A stretch of DNA of 64,000 nucleotides, taken from an uncultured Candidatus Saccharibacteria bacterium (GTDB lineage: Bacteria > Patescibacteriota > Minisyncoccia > Phycocordibacterales > Zambryskibacteraceae). Below are positions 9,772-19,135 of this stretch, one piece after another. How positions within the stretch are numbered: position 1 is the first letter of the stretch; each line of letters begins with the position of its first letter. The notes under the pieces are model-generated. The model made no database searches. It saw nothing but the letters and a program-made list of their open reading frames with translations, and was not told where the DNA came from. The stretch spans positions 77,173 to 141,172 of the forward strand of contig CAZYVS010000001.1 of NCBI GenBank assembly GCA_964651655.1, in the 5' to 3' direction. The position numbers and the translations under genes were made by a program.

Positions 9772-10164
9772 TTAATAAGTCAACGACATCGGCCAAGGAG
9801 TTGGGATAGCCAGAAGCATCAGAATCGCTCCGAGAATTGCCAAGTTTTTCATAAACTGAACTTGTTCCATCATACGCGTCTGTCCTTCCTCTTTCCAAAA
9901 AGCGTGCATGGTAAAGGTAACCGGGACAAAGAAAAGCACCAGAGCGGCAATACCGGCCGCAACGCGCACTCCAGTGATGATAGTATAGCCGCCGAAAAGA
10001 AGTAGGAGACCAGAAACAATAACCGCCATTTTTGCCATAGGAACTTTCTTGGATTCCGCATAAGGGGTCAGCATTGAAACATTTACCAAATGATTGTATG
10101 CGTTATACAAAAAATAACTCCCAAACAAAAGCCGACCAATAAAAAATATTATTTCCGTGTTCAT
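9772..10164 (-). CDS. DoxX family membrane protein
   Basis: GRLLFG.YF, TFTMHAFW, QFMKNLAILGA motifs. Confidence 0.9.
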   Translation of the reverse strand: MNTEIIFFIGRLLFGSYFLYNAYNHLVNVSMLTPYAESKKVPMAKMAVIVSGLLLLFGGYTIITGVRVAAGIAALVLFFVPVTFTMHAFWKEEGQTRMMEQVQFMKNLAILGAILMLLAIPTPWPMSLTY

Positions 10165-10326
10165 ATAATCTTAATCATCTAATAAGTTTGTATATTTTAG
10201 CATTTGACAAGATTAAATACCTATACTTGTATTTTTCCAACACTTGTTGTATAACTTTGCTAGACAGTATAGAGGTTCTGCGAATTAACTTGACTTGAGG
10301 CACCTACGTGGTGCGAGGAGGTTTAG

Positions 10327-11322
10327 ATGATTGGTTTTATCTTGGCCGCTCTATTTATTTGGGGTCTCGCCTTGCTCCTTAGAGCAATAGCGAGTCGGGA
10401 AAACCCAACTATCGTCACTTTTGTCCCTGCTCAGATGCACGCGTTAGTGACGACAAAGAGTAATAAAGAAACGGATGTAACAAAGGGTGGAGGCAACATC
10501 GTCGATGCTATTCACGCTGTTCCCGGGAGAATACTAGACAAGTCTCCGATGGATCCCATGAATTGGTATTACAAGCTCGGCAGAGAATCCAGAGGAATTC
10601 TGTACTACCTGCTAGGAATTCAATTTATTGGAATCTTTCGGTATCTGCGCCTCAATGACGTGCGAACTTTCCGATTCGGTCGAAAAGATGAGGAAAGTGC
10701 ATATCGTCTACAGGCTAAGAGTGATCAGACTCGTTATGTTTTTTTCTCGGGTCAACATGATATACAAATTGAGGGTGTCGAAACAACTGGAATTCTCAAG
10801 ATTAATCTTCTTTTTAATCTGATCTATGAGGAGATCTTTCCAGTCAGGGTACGACTCCGAACAGCCGACCCTTATGCCGTTCTGACTATGATGGTGACTA
10901 GATTAGTCATCAGTAAGGTTGGCGGCACCGACCCAAAACTGCTTATCGCCGAGGAAACACGCCAGCGGGAATTGGCCGATGCTATACAGGAAATCGATCT
11001 TATAGTCGAAGAACAACTCGGTATTAGAATCATAAAGGTTACCCTGGCTGATGTGGCTTTCGACGCCGAGACTCAGAAGTTTCTCGAACTCGAGACCAGG
11101 ACACGTTTACAGAATGAAGCAGCTGTAGCGGTCGCCACTAAGGACAGGACAGTCCAGATTCTTGCCAATGATGCGGCTGCAGACCGAGTTGAGCGAGTGA
11201 TAAGACCTACAGCCGAGAACGATCGCACTGTAGCTGTACGAGTCGCCGAGGCGTATGAAAACAACAAGGTGGTAACAACATATGCGCCAGGAGCAAGTGC
11301 TATGTTGCCACTCGGGAAGTAG
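10327..11322 (+). CDS. Putative SPFH/band-7 domain membrane protein
   Basis: N-terminal TM, LGIRIIKVTLADV followed by an Ala/Glu/Arg-rich coiled-coil tail; GAGGAGG RBS. Confidence 0.6.
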   Translation: MIGFILAALFIWGLALLLRAIASRENPTIVTFVPAQMHALVTTKSNKETDVTKGGGNIVDAIHAVPGRILDKSPMDPMNWYYKLGRESRGILYYLLGIQFIGIFRYLRLNDVRTFRFGRKDEESAYRLQAKSDQTRYVFFSGQHDIQIEGVETTGILKINLLFNLIYEEIFPVRVRLRTADPYAVLTMMVTRLVISKVGGTDPKLLIAEETRQRELADAIQEIDLIVEEQLGIRIIKVTLADVAFDAETQKFLELETRTRLQNEAAVAVATKDRTVQILANDAAADRVERVIRPTAENDRTVAVRVAEAYENNKVVTTYAPGASAMLPLGK

Positions 11323-11338
11323 CTAAATAGGTGTGGTG

Positions 11339-11362
11339 GGGCCGGGCGGTATCGCCCGGCCC
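11339..11362 (+). terminator. GC-rich hairpin
   Basis: GGGCCGGGCG-GTAT-CGCCCGGCCC then TCTTT. Confidence 0.6.
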
Positions 11363-11435
11363 TCTTTGTATTTGCAAGTTGTATTAAATCATGATATAAT
11401 ACTGGCAGAATAGGACGAGCATTTGGAGGTAAATT

Positions 11436-12023
11436 ATGAAAAACTGGCGGAATACGACCGAAGTGGTCTTTTTGCTCATTTTTTTTATCGGTCTGGCCCG
11501 ATGGCTAGATAGAGCCACCAGCGACGCGATCGCCCAAATTAGATCTATTCCCCTTCACTATTTATGGTGGGGACTTGGAATAACAGTTGGCTTAGTTCTC
11601 CTCGTCTGGCTCTTTCGGAGCCTAGCGCAAAGGAACTACGCGGGTAAGACGTTAAGACGTCTAAGGCCTGGGTGGATAATTGCTATCACATTAATGGCAA
11701 TATACCTGACCTTCGCCTTCAGATACTACCCCTGGGAACCGGAATCGAAATTGCAGAGTTTCGATCCTGCCAAACCAAAGATTCCAGCCAAGGCGGACAA
11801 TACTTTCATGGTAGTTGTCCGTCCCGGACAGCCGGCGAGGGTCGAACTGGAACCGAATTGGATGGTGGTCTGGTGGGGAGACAAATCCAGATTCACTAGT
11901 CGCGCTGAATGGCGCGATAAGATCAAAATTCGAGTCTTTGAAGTTCGACCGGGAGTGGAATATGCGAATGTTAAAGTTCACATATACCACGATCCGGACC
12001 CGCTGTGGTACACGCGCCAATAA
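11436..12023 (+). CDS. Hypothetical membrane protein (3 TM plus soluble domain)
   Basis: GGAGG RBS, three hydrophobic segments, terminator downstream. Confidence 0.65.
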   Translation: MKNWRNTTEVVFLLIFFIGLARWLDRATSDAIAQIRSIPLHYLWWGLGITVGLVLLVWLFRSLAQRNYAGKTLRRLRPGWIIAITLMAIYLTFAFRYYPWEPESKLQSFDPAKPKIPAKADNTFMVVVRPGQPARVELEPNWMVVWWGDKSRFTSRAEWRDKIKIRVFEVRPGVEYANVKVHIYHDPDPLWYTRQ

Positions 12024-12039
12024 AAGCGCGTGGCACTAC

Positions 12040-12076
12040 AAGAGCGCCCCGAGTTTATCGAGGGGCGCTCTTTTTT
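12040..12076 (+). terminator. Terminator hairpin whose core is a family-A palindromic repeat
   Basis: AGAGCGCCCC-GAGTTTATCGA-GGGGCGCTCT-TTTTT; reverse complement CCCCTCGATAAACTCGGGGC matches the copy in trxB. Confidence 0.7.
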
Positions 12077-12077
12077 A

Positions 12078-12356
12078 TTAATAAGACGGATAGTTCAACG
12101 GATAGTTAGGGACAGGGATGCCGAAAGTGCCGAGAATTAAGCGTATCAATCCGTAAGCGGAAATCATGATAAACATACCGAAAATTCCCCAGAAGATTTT
12201 CCTTTTACCTTCTTCCCTGCCAGCATCCGCAGTTTCGGAAGAAATGAACTGAAATATACCCCAAAAAAACACCAGAAAGGCAACGGCAAAAACCAACAGA
12301 ATGAGAGGATTGAGTATGAACTGATTAATCTTGTTAAGTAGAGTGGTAATACTCAT
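12078..12356 (-). CDS. TrbC/VirB2-like pilin
   Basis: Two-TM hairpin: FLVFFWGIFQFI...GREEGKRKIFWGIFGMFIMISAYG. Confidence 0.75.
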   Translation of the reverse strand: MSITTLLNKINQFILNPLILLVFAVAFLVFFWGIFQFISSETADAGREEGKRKIFWGIFGMFIMISAYGLIRLILGTFGIPVPNYPLNYPSY

Positions 12357-12387
12357 CCCGTTAGAAGTTTACTAACCTCTCTAAGCC

Positions 12388-12732
12388 TTAAAGACCCGGC
12401 ACTGTCGGCACAATGATAGTATCACCTTGATTGACACCGAGAGCGGTACCAATGAAGCGGACTAGACCCCAGACAGAAATCATTACAAATAAGGCGATCA
12501 AACCCCAGAGCATGATTTTCTTGGCGTCCGCTTTAGCAGTTTCATCGCCTTGGGCGAAGATAAATTTGACCAATCCCCAGAAGAACGCCAGAAGCGCTAT
12601 ACCGACGACGATAGGAAGCGCCAGATTGACCAATCTGCCGATAGACTGCACCAGTGTTTGTATGTTACTAAGCGACTGGGCAAAGACCAGTGCCGGAGCA
12701 AGCGCCAACGCAATAGGAATAACTTTTTTCAT
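12388..12732 (-). CDS. TrbC/VirB2-like pilin with signal peptide (start probably 12732)
   Basis: MKKVIPIALALAPALVFAQ signal; FFWGLVKFI...AKKIMLWGLIALFVMISVWGLV. Confidence 0.8.
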   Translation of the reverse strand: MKKVIPIALALAPALVFAQSLSNIQTLVQSIGRLVNLALPIVVGIALLAFFWGLVKFIFAQGDETAKADAKKIMLWGLIALFVMISVWGLVRFIGTALGVNQGDTIIVPTVPGL

Positions 12733-12810
12733 TTTATTATTTTTATTATACCTAAACGGTATGGCTACATGATACGACGAGGCGGACAAACGCGCAACAT
12801 AGTTATCCCC

Positions 12811-13146
12811 TTATTCTAAAGTCCAGATGATTGAATTATCACTCGGGAATACGTAATTGGAATTTGTGCCGGAAGTCGGCAAAGAAGAGGAACCGCCGGC
12901 AGGAAGATTGAGTTCTATCTGAACGAGACGGATTATCCCCCAAACCGATATCATGACAAAAAGGGCGATCAGTCCCCAAATCATGAGCTGTTTACCGCCC
13001 TCTATTGCATTTTCATCTCCGCCGACGCGAAAGATGAACTTAATCAGGCCCCAAATAAATACCAGCAAAGCGACACCGACTAATATGACAATAAGCGGAT
13101 TAATCAAACTGCCGACAGCGGTAATAAGGTCTTTGATTCCGGTCAT
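12811..13146 (-). CDS. TrbC/VirB2-like pilin
   Basis: FIWGLIKFIF...GKQLMIWGLIALFVMISVWGII; paralog of its neighbours. Confidence 0.8.
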   Translation of the reverse strand: MTGIKDLITAVGSLINPLIVILVGVALLVFIWGLIKFIFRVGGDENAIEGGKQLMIWGLIALFVMISVWGIIRLVQIELNLPAGGSSSLPTSGTNSNYVFPSDNSIIWTLE

Positions 13147-13161
13147 TTTAAATTTTTTTAA

Positions 13162-13455
13162 TTAATTATAAGTGGGTAAAAGCGGCGGACCAAACGGCCG
13201 GCCAAAACCAAAGTCTCTGTACAGGAAAGCGAGTATTCCCATCAATGACAATAGGATGAAGAGCGCGACGAGCCCCCAAATCATAAGTTTCTTGCCCTCT
13301 CCAACGGCCTTTTCATCGCCGCCGATACGGAAGATAAATTTGGCCAAACCCCAAAAGAAAACCAGGAGAGCAAAACCTGCAACCACGGGCAGAGCCGTCC
13401 GTATCAAGTCTATAAATATATCCGCTAAGTCTTTGAAGTTGCTTGGAGTATTCAT
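13162..13455 (-). CDS. TrbC/VirB2-like pilin
   Basis: FFWGLAKFIF...GKKLMIWGLVALFI. Confidence 0.8.
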   Translation of the reverse strand: MNTPSNFKDLADIFIDLIRTALPVVAGFALLVFFWGLAKFIFRIGGDEKAVGEGKKLMIWGLVALFILLSLMGILAFLYRDFGFGRPFGPPLLPTYN

Positions 13456-13478
13456 TTATAGTGAGTTTATCGCACTAT
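13450..13478. repeat. Family-A repeat forming an intergenic spacer; near-identical to 14178-14206
   Basis: ATTCATTTATAGTGAGTTTATCGCACTAT vs ATTCATTTATAGTGAGTTCATCGAACTAT. Confidence 0.8.
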
Positions 13479-13852
13479 CTTAATTGGTTAATGGTATTTT
13501 CTATCACCTGCGCGATCACCCAAGAACCGAGAAGCACCGCTGTGCCTACGGATGTGTAAAGAAGCGCTTTATGAGCCGTCGCAAGTTTAGTCTGGTTACC
13601 TTGCGCTGTGACATAAAGAAAACCGGAATAGATGAAGGCCAGCACCGCAAGCACTCCGCCGATAGGCAAAAGAATATCATTGATAACTTTACGTAGAAGA
13701 GTGAACAGCGTGCAATCGGCTCCGCCGCAATTGAAAGGATTCGGAAGATTCACTCTTACATCCAGATTGCCTTGCGCCAAAACCGAAAACGCTCCAATAG
13801 CAAAGAAAATCAAGAGTGACACGACAACGACTGATAGTTTTTTTATACTCAT
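13475..13852 (-). CDS. TrbC/VirB2-like pilin with signal peptide
   Basis: Signal peptide; IYSGFLYVTAQGN..KL..A.KAL..T.VG motif. Confidence 0.8.
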   Translation of the reverse strand: MSIKKLSVVVVSLLIFFAIGAFSVLAQGNLDVRVNLPNPFNCGGADCTLFTLLRKVINDILLPIGGVLAVLAFIYSGFLYVTAQGNQTKLATAHKALLYTSVGTAVLLGSWVIAQVIENTINQLR

Positions 13853-13853
13853 G

Positions 13854-14183
13854 TTATGGCGCGCCCAAGATAGAAAATCCGGGATTAAGCAAGGCGCTGG
13901 TTATAGTGTAAACCACAAGCCAGGCACCCAGTATCCACAGGTAACCCTTGAGCACTTTTTTAAAGACATCTTTGGCCTTGTCTCTTTGACCCTCACTTCC
14001 ACCAGACGTCAGGAGGATAAAACCGGCGTAAGCGAAGGCGGCTGTGGCTAGAAAGGTGGAGAGGATAACCAAGGCATTTATCAGATTTTTAGCAAGCAGA
14101 ATAAGATGTCCGAAAGTGCAGGGGTCAGCCGTTGTACCTTGGCACACAATAAGATTCGGAATTTGAGCTAATAGTTCATTCAT
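13854..14183 (-). CDS. TrbC/VirB2-like pilin
   Basis: C..T..DPC.F Cys pair; YAGFILLTSGGS....DKAK motif. Confidence 0.8.
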   Translation of the reverse strand: MNELLAQIPNLIVCQGTTADPCTFGHLILLAKNLINALVILSTFLATAAFAYAGFILLTSGGSEGQRDKAKDVFKKVLKGYLWILGAWLVVYTITSALLNPGFSILGAP

Positions 14184-14206
14184 TTATAGTGAGTTCATCG
14201 AACTAT
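14178..14206. repeat. Family-A repeat forming an intergenic spacer
   Basis: Minus strand TAG-TTCGATGAACTCA-CTATAA-ATG: contains the upstream stop and abuts the downstream start. Confidence 0.8.
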
Positions 14207-15483
14207 TTGATTAACGCTTCAACTTCGCGATTCATTTTATTTACCGCCTCAAAAATTCGAGCCCGACCGCTGGTCACGGACTCAATCGCCTCGCGAAAAA
14301 TCGTTTCGGTCGCCGCGGTATCCGGATCAAGCCAACCTTTGGATTGCAAAGCCGCGTCGTAAAAAACGGGGAAAATCGCATCGGTCGGTTTTTGAGAAAG
14401 AAGGTCGCGCCGCGCCGGCGGTAATGAAAGAATTCCTGATAAAGCCAGCTCCACTTCCTTTGAAGCCAACTTAACCGCAAGGGCCAGCGCCGCGCCAGGA
14501 TTCGAAGAGCCGCGAGAGACGGCTATTCCTCGCAGACGGCCGAAAGTAACGGCTTTGCCGGAAACTCTGGACTGCGGCACGGCGGTAATGCCAAAATTCA
14601 GAACCGGATTTTTATTCCTTAACACGCGAAGTTCTGAAGCAAAACCCAGATAATATGCGGAATCGCCACTCGTAAAATTGGTCTGAGCGTCAATCAACGA
14701 GCGATTCCAGCTGTAGTAAACTTTCGCCGGATTGGAGAATTGCGTATAAAAATCAAGCGAACTTTCGCCGGGCGAAGCCAGAAGACCGAAATTATTGGCA
14801 ATTTGCGGACGCAATTCTTTATTGACAAAACTGGTGATGGGCGTACCGGCCTGTAACATGAGAAGCGACAAAATGTCCTTGGCGTGAGAAATATTTTGGG
14901 CCTCACCCAAAGCCATGACCGATAGAACCAAGTTTCCGGCCGCATCTCTCTTGGAAAGATTGGCGGCGGCGGCGTAAATTTCATCCCAATATCGTATGGC
15001 TTGTGCTTGTCCGGCGGCTGAAAGCAAATCTCTGTTGTGGTAGAGCACTAATGGATCAACGGAGAGCGGCAATGCATAGATCCCGCCTTCATCAAGGAAA
15101 AGTTCTCCCTCTTCTATAAATGTCGTTTTGAAATCACGTTCGCTGATATTTGAGTAAGGAATAAGATAAAGTTTGGCCTTATTTTTCCAAAGTTTGTCTT
15201 GAGTCAAAATGACAAGGTCGGGACCCGCCCCCCGCGCCAGCGCTTCGGTAAACTCCGCATCAATTGTTTCAAACGACTTCTCTACATAACTGATGTTAAA
15301 CATCCTGTCTTGAGTAATGACTGTCGTATTGAGCAAACGACTAAAATCTTCCGCGGAAATATCTCCCCAAATTATCATGGGAATATCCTCATTACTAGAA
15401 CCGCGATAGAGAGAAAAAACAATCACCCCGAGAACGATAAATACCGCAAAGACGGCAACTAGAATTATTTGAAACTTGGACAT
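14203..15483 (-). CDS. Extracellular solute-binding protein (SBP_bac_1-like)
   Basis: N-terminal TM, GAGPDL, GIYALPLSVD.L.LY.N.DLL motifs. Confidence 0.85.
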   Translation of the reverse strand: MSKFQIILVAVFAVFIVLGVIVFSLYRGSSNEDIPMIIWGDISAEDFSRLLNTTVITQDRMFNISYVEKSFETIDAEFTEALARGAGPDLVILTQDKLWKNKAKLYLIPYSNISERDFKTTFIEEGELFLDEGGIYALPLSVDPLVLYHNRDLLSAAGQAQAIRYWDEIYAAAANLSKRDAAGNLVLSVMALGEAQNISHAKDILSLLMLQAGTPITSFVNKELRPQIANNFGLLASPGESSLDFYTQFSNPAKVYYSWNRSLIDAQTNFTSGDSAYYLGFASELRVLRNKNPVLNFGITAVPQSRVSGKAVTFGRLRGIAVSRGSSNPGAALALAVKLASKEVELALSGILSLPPARRDLLSQKPTDAIFPVFYDAALQSKGWLDPDTAATETIFREAIESVTSGRARIFEAVNKMNREVEALIK

Positions 15484-15562
15484 ATGTTAATTGTATAACA
15501 CAAAGTTCAATTTACAATCCTTCTTTCATCCACATTTAATATTTAATCTTTAATCTATATTG

Positions 15563-15582
15563 TACGATCGTGAATAATAGCA
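15563..15582. repeat. Direct repeat downstream of the PaaX-like gene
   Basis: TACGATCGTGAATAATAGCA; partner TACGATCGTGAAAAATAGCA at 16222-16241 (19/20 identical). Confidence 0.8.
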
Positions 15583-15598
15583 CGAAAGAAAAAATGGG

Positions 15599-16189
15599 TT
15601 AAACTTTGAACCCAAAAAACTTTTTGAGCCATGTATCATTTTCTATCTCATCTACCACTAGATACAACAGATTTCTGCCTAATTCAAAATTTGTCTTCAA
15701 GAGAATTACGAAATCTTCGCAATCATAAGGATAAACCCAGACACTCTTCTGTAATTTTACAAATCCAATCTTACTGAGAGTTATACGAAGCCGGTCTCTG
15801 GTCCTTCTTTGTTTCTCTCCAATATCGAAAATAATGACGCGCCACTTCCGATCCCAGTGTTTTGGTTTTTTCAAATTAAAATTACATGCTTCAAGAGTAT
15901 TCAATTGTCGTCTTCCCTTCTCCGTGATTGCGAGATATTTTTTACCATTTGGAGCATCCTGAAACTTTAATGATTGATTCTTGAGGAGTCTTTTCATTGA
16001 CCTACTTAAATTAGAATTACGGGTGTATTGACCACGTTCAACTAAACCCAATTGACCAAGTGCTTGTAGGGCATTGGGTGCTAAAACTGCGACACCTAAC
16101 ATACCCGCCACTGCCACGGAACTAAGAAGAATTTTTTGGAGATTTTCCTTTCTAACTCTTTTTTTTATTTCAGTTTCTATTTTTCCCAT
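15599..16189 (-). CDS. PaaX-like protein (winged HTH plus Cas2-like domain)
   Basis: ITEKG wing; WDRKWRVIIFDI.E..R..RD.LR..L...GF..LQKSVWVYPY. Confidence 0.85.
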   Translation of the reverse strand: MGKIETEIKKRVRKENLQKILLSSVAVAGMLGVAVLAPNALQALGQLGLVERGQYTRNSNLSRSMKRLLKNQSLKFQDAPNGKKYLAITEKGRRQLNTLEACNFNLKKPKHWDRKWRVIIFDIGEKQRRTRDRLRITLSKIGFVKLQKSVWVYPYDCEDFVILLKTNFELGRNLLYLVVDEIENDTWLKKFFGFKV

Positions 16190-16221
16190 AACTCATATAT
16201 CTCGGACTATCATCTATCATA

Positions 16222-16241
16222 TACGATCGTGAAAAATAGCA
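16222..16241. repeat. Direct repeat upstream of the PaaX-like gene
   Basis: TACGATCGTGAAAAATAGCA with palindromic core ACGATCGT. Confidence 0.8.
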
Positions 16242-16293
16242 TAACAAACACAAAACCACTACGACCATAAATATAAAAATTGAGTAAATTATT

Positions 16294-18786
16294 TTATAGA
16301 CAAATTAGGGAGGCTATTGAGTCGCCTTCACGCAATTTCATAATCCTTACCCCTTGGGTTTGGCGACCCAAAAGAGGAATCTCTTTTAATCCCACTCTGA
16401 CAACTTGACTCTTTTTAGAAATGGCGATAACTTCGTCTTCTTCCCCGGTTACCACCTGCGAAGCGATTACTTGTCCGGTTTTGGGCGTAATCTTAGAAGT
16501 AAGAACTCCGGAACCTCCCCTACCTTGCACTTTATACTCGGAAAGATTGGTGCGTTTGCCATAACCATTGGCGGAAATAACCAAAAGATGGCCCAATTTC
16601 CACTCCGGTTTAATCACGTGGGCTCCCACTACCACATCACCCCTATCTTCACCTCGCCTTGGTGGGGCGAGTTTGATGCTCCGTACTCCTCCGGCATTGC
16701 GACCCATTTCGCGAATGGCCGATTCTTTGAATCGTATTGATTGGCCCTTCTTTGTCACGATTGAAATATCATCCCCCCTCTCAACAAGTTCGGCCGAAAT
16801 CAACTTGTCTCCGGCCGCCAGTTTAATGGCAATAATGCCGGAAGAGCGCACGTCTTTGAAACTCTTGGTGGACACCTTCTTGGCCGTTCCCCTTTCTGTT
16901 ACCATAAACAACGAACCTTCACGAGTTGAGGAAAGTTTGGGCATCTCCAATATTGAAGTGACCTTTTCATCATCGGAAAGAGCAATGAAGTTCATCACGG
17001 ACTTGCCGCGCGTGGCGCGTTTGCCTTCCGGTATATCATACATCTTGATTTGATACACCTTGCCCTTGTCGGTAAAGAAAAGCAGGTCGGCGTGCGTGCT
17101 CGCCGTCAGAAAGTTGGTGACAAAATCTTCTTCTTTGGTATCAAGATCCATCACTCCGACACCGCCGCGCTTTTGACGCCTGTATTCGTCCGGATTAATG
17201 CGTTTGATATACCCGCCCGATGTCAGAACCAGCGTGTTTTCCTCCTCCGGCACCAGATCTTCAACAGACAAAACTTTCACCCCCCCTTTGATTACTTTGG
17301 TGCGACGCTCGTCGCCATACTTCTGTTTGACATCTTCCAGTTCGTTCTTAACCACTTTCAAAATTTTGGCCGGCGATGCTAACAATTCTTTCATTTCCTT
17401 AATAAAGGCTTGCGCTTCCTTGAGCTCGTTTTCAACTTTCTGACGTTCCAAACCGGCAAGCTTCTGAAGCCTCATTTCTAAAATGGCATTGGCCTGCAGT
17501 TCGGAAAGTTTGAATTCTTTCATCAGGCCGGCGCGGGCATCATCCACCGTCTTGGAAGCGCGGATAAGTTTAATCACCTTGTCTATATTATCGAGCGCAA
17601 TGGTCAGACCAAGCAGGATATGCTCGCGCTCCTGGGCCCGAGCCAGGTCAAAGGCGGCGCGACGCTTGACCACCGTTTCCCGGTGCTTGAGAAATTCAAT
17701 AAGCATACTCTTGAGCGAAAGCGTCTGCGGCACGCCGTCCACAAGAGCTACCAGATTAAAGTGAAAAGTGTCTTCCAGTTGAGTATGTTTATACAAAGTA
17801 TTCAAAACTTTCTGCGGTTGGCTGCCGTTCTTGAGATCAATCACAATGCGAATATCTTTGGTGGATTCATCACGAAGACCTTTGATACCTTCAATCTTTT
17901 TGTCTCTCACCAGGTCGGCAATGCCGGCTATCAGAGATTCGGCTTTATTGACTCTATAGGGAATTTCCGTAATTATGATTTGGAAATTACCGGCCTTATT
18001 CTCAACGATATCAGCCACTCCCCTCGCCACTACACCGCCTCGGCCGGTGGTGTAAGCGTGATGAATATCCTTTTCGTTGAAAATAATACCGCCGGTTGGA
18101 AAATCCGGTCCTTTGATAAATTTTAACAAATCCTCTGTCGTTGCCTCGTGATGGTCGGCAAGATAAATAGTGGCATCGACCACTTCCGTCAGATTGTGAG
18201 GTGGAATACTCGTAGCCATGCCTACAGCAATACCCAAAGTGCCGTTGAGTAGAAGATTGGGTGCCACCGCCGGCAGAACGACGGGTTCCAGTTGAGTGCT
18301 ATCATAATTGGGGCGAAAATCCACAGTGTCCTTATCGATATCTTTAAGCATTTCTCCGGCTAGACGCGACATCTTCGCCTCGGTATAACGCATGGCCGCC
18401 GGACTATCGCCGTCTATGGAACCAAAGTTTCCTTGACCGATAACCAGGGGGTAACGCATTGAAAAATCTTGCGCCATTTTAACCATTGAGTCATAGACCG
18501 CCACATCGCCGTGCGGATGATATTTACCCAACACTTCGCCGACCACCGTTGCGGATTTTCGTGTCTTGGCTCCGGCATTAAGACCAATTTCATTCATGGC
18601 GTAAAGAATGCGGCGGTGAACCGGCTTGAGACCATCGCGCACATCAGGCAGGGCGCGATCGGTGATAACCGACATGGCATAATCAATAAACGACTCCTTC
18701 ATCTCGCTGGTGATCGCGCGAGTAATAACTCTGTTTTTATCTCCGGGACTGGGGGAAAATTCTTTTTCTTTCGGATTATTGGCCAT
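16294..18786 (-). CDS. gyrA: DNA gyrase subunit A
   Basis: [22 protein letters not shown], GyrA box QKRGGVG. Confidence 0.98.
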   Translation of the reverse strand: MANNPKEKEFSPSPGDKNRVITRAITSEMKESFIDYAMSVITDRALPDVRDGLKPVHRRILYAMNEIGLNAGAKTRKSATVVGEVLGKYHPHGDVAVYDSMVKMAQDFSMRYPLVIGQGNFGSIDGDSPAAMRYTEAKMSRLAGEMLKDIDKDTVDFRPNYDSTQLEPVVLPAVAPNLLLNGTLGIAVGMATSIPPHNLTEVVDATIYLADHHEATTEDLLKFIKGPDFPTGGIIFNEKDIHHAYTTGRGGVVARGVADIVENKAGNFQIIITEIPYRVNKAESLIAGIADLVRDKKIEGIKGLRDESTKDIRIVIDLKNGSQPQKVLNTLYKHTQLEDTFHFNLVALVDGVPQTLSLKSMLIEFLKHRETVVKRRAAFDLARAQEREHILLGLTIALDNIDKVIKLIRASKTVDDARAGLMKEFKLSELQANAILEMRLQKLAGLERQKVENELKEAQAFIKEMKELLASPAKILKVVKNELEDVKQKYGDERRTKVIKGGVKVLSVEDLVPEEENTLVLTSGGYIKRINPDEYRRQKRGGVGVMDLDTKEEDFVTNFLTASTHADLLFFTDKGKVYQIKMYDIPEGKRATRGKSVMNFIALSDDEKVTSILEMPKLSSTREGSLFMVTERGTAKKVSTKSFKDVRSSGIIAIKLAAGDKLISAELVERGDDISIVTKKGQSIRFKESAIREMGRNAGGVRSIKLAPPRRGEDRGDVVVGAHVIKPEWKLGHLLVISANGYGKRTNLSEYKVQGRGGSGVLTSKITPKTGQVIASQVVTGEEDEVIAISKKSQVVRVGLKEIPLLGRQTQGVRIMKLREGDSIASLICL

Positions 18787-19120
18787 AAAATTTTAGCGCC
18801 CCCTCTTTCATTTCCTGATATTCTTTCTGGAAATCCACCTCCTGGAAAGCGCTCTGAAGTTCTTCAAAATTGCTTTTTATTGCCTCTAAACTTGACGCTA
18901 AATTTGAACGAAATGACTGAAGCGGGCTTATTTCATTTTCCGTTATTTTGGAAGCATCGTGGGCGCCAGCATCTTTAGCCATAATTCCGTTGCTTGTGCC
19001 AAAGGTCGCCAGAGACCAAATGCCAAAAATAAAGAGAGTGATGGTACCGGAAGCCAACAACGCAAATTGTTTCTTATGGCGATCCGGTTTTTTGTGAAGT
19101 TTGGCTAGATATTTATCCAT
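18776..19120 (-). CDS. Hypothetical single-TM protein
   Basis: 114 aa, one TM, overlaps the gyrA start. Confidence 0.65.
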   Translation of the reverse strand: MDKYLAKLHKKPDRHKKQFALLASGTITLFIFGIWSLATFGTSNGIMAKDAGAHDASKITENEISPLQSFRSNLASSLEAIKSNFEELQSAFQEVDFQKEYQEMKEGALKFYGQ

Positions 19121-19135
19121 ATAAAGCGGTAATTT

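Noticed and set aside
15599-16189. CRISPR-Cas locus suggested by the Cas2-like domain
   Set aside because: No repeat-spacer array, cas1 or effector in the window; the protein has the wHTH-fused PaaX-like layout.
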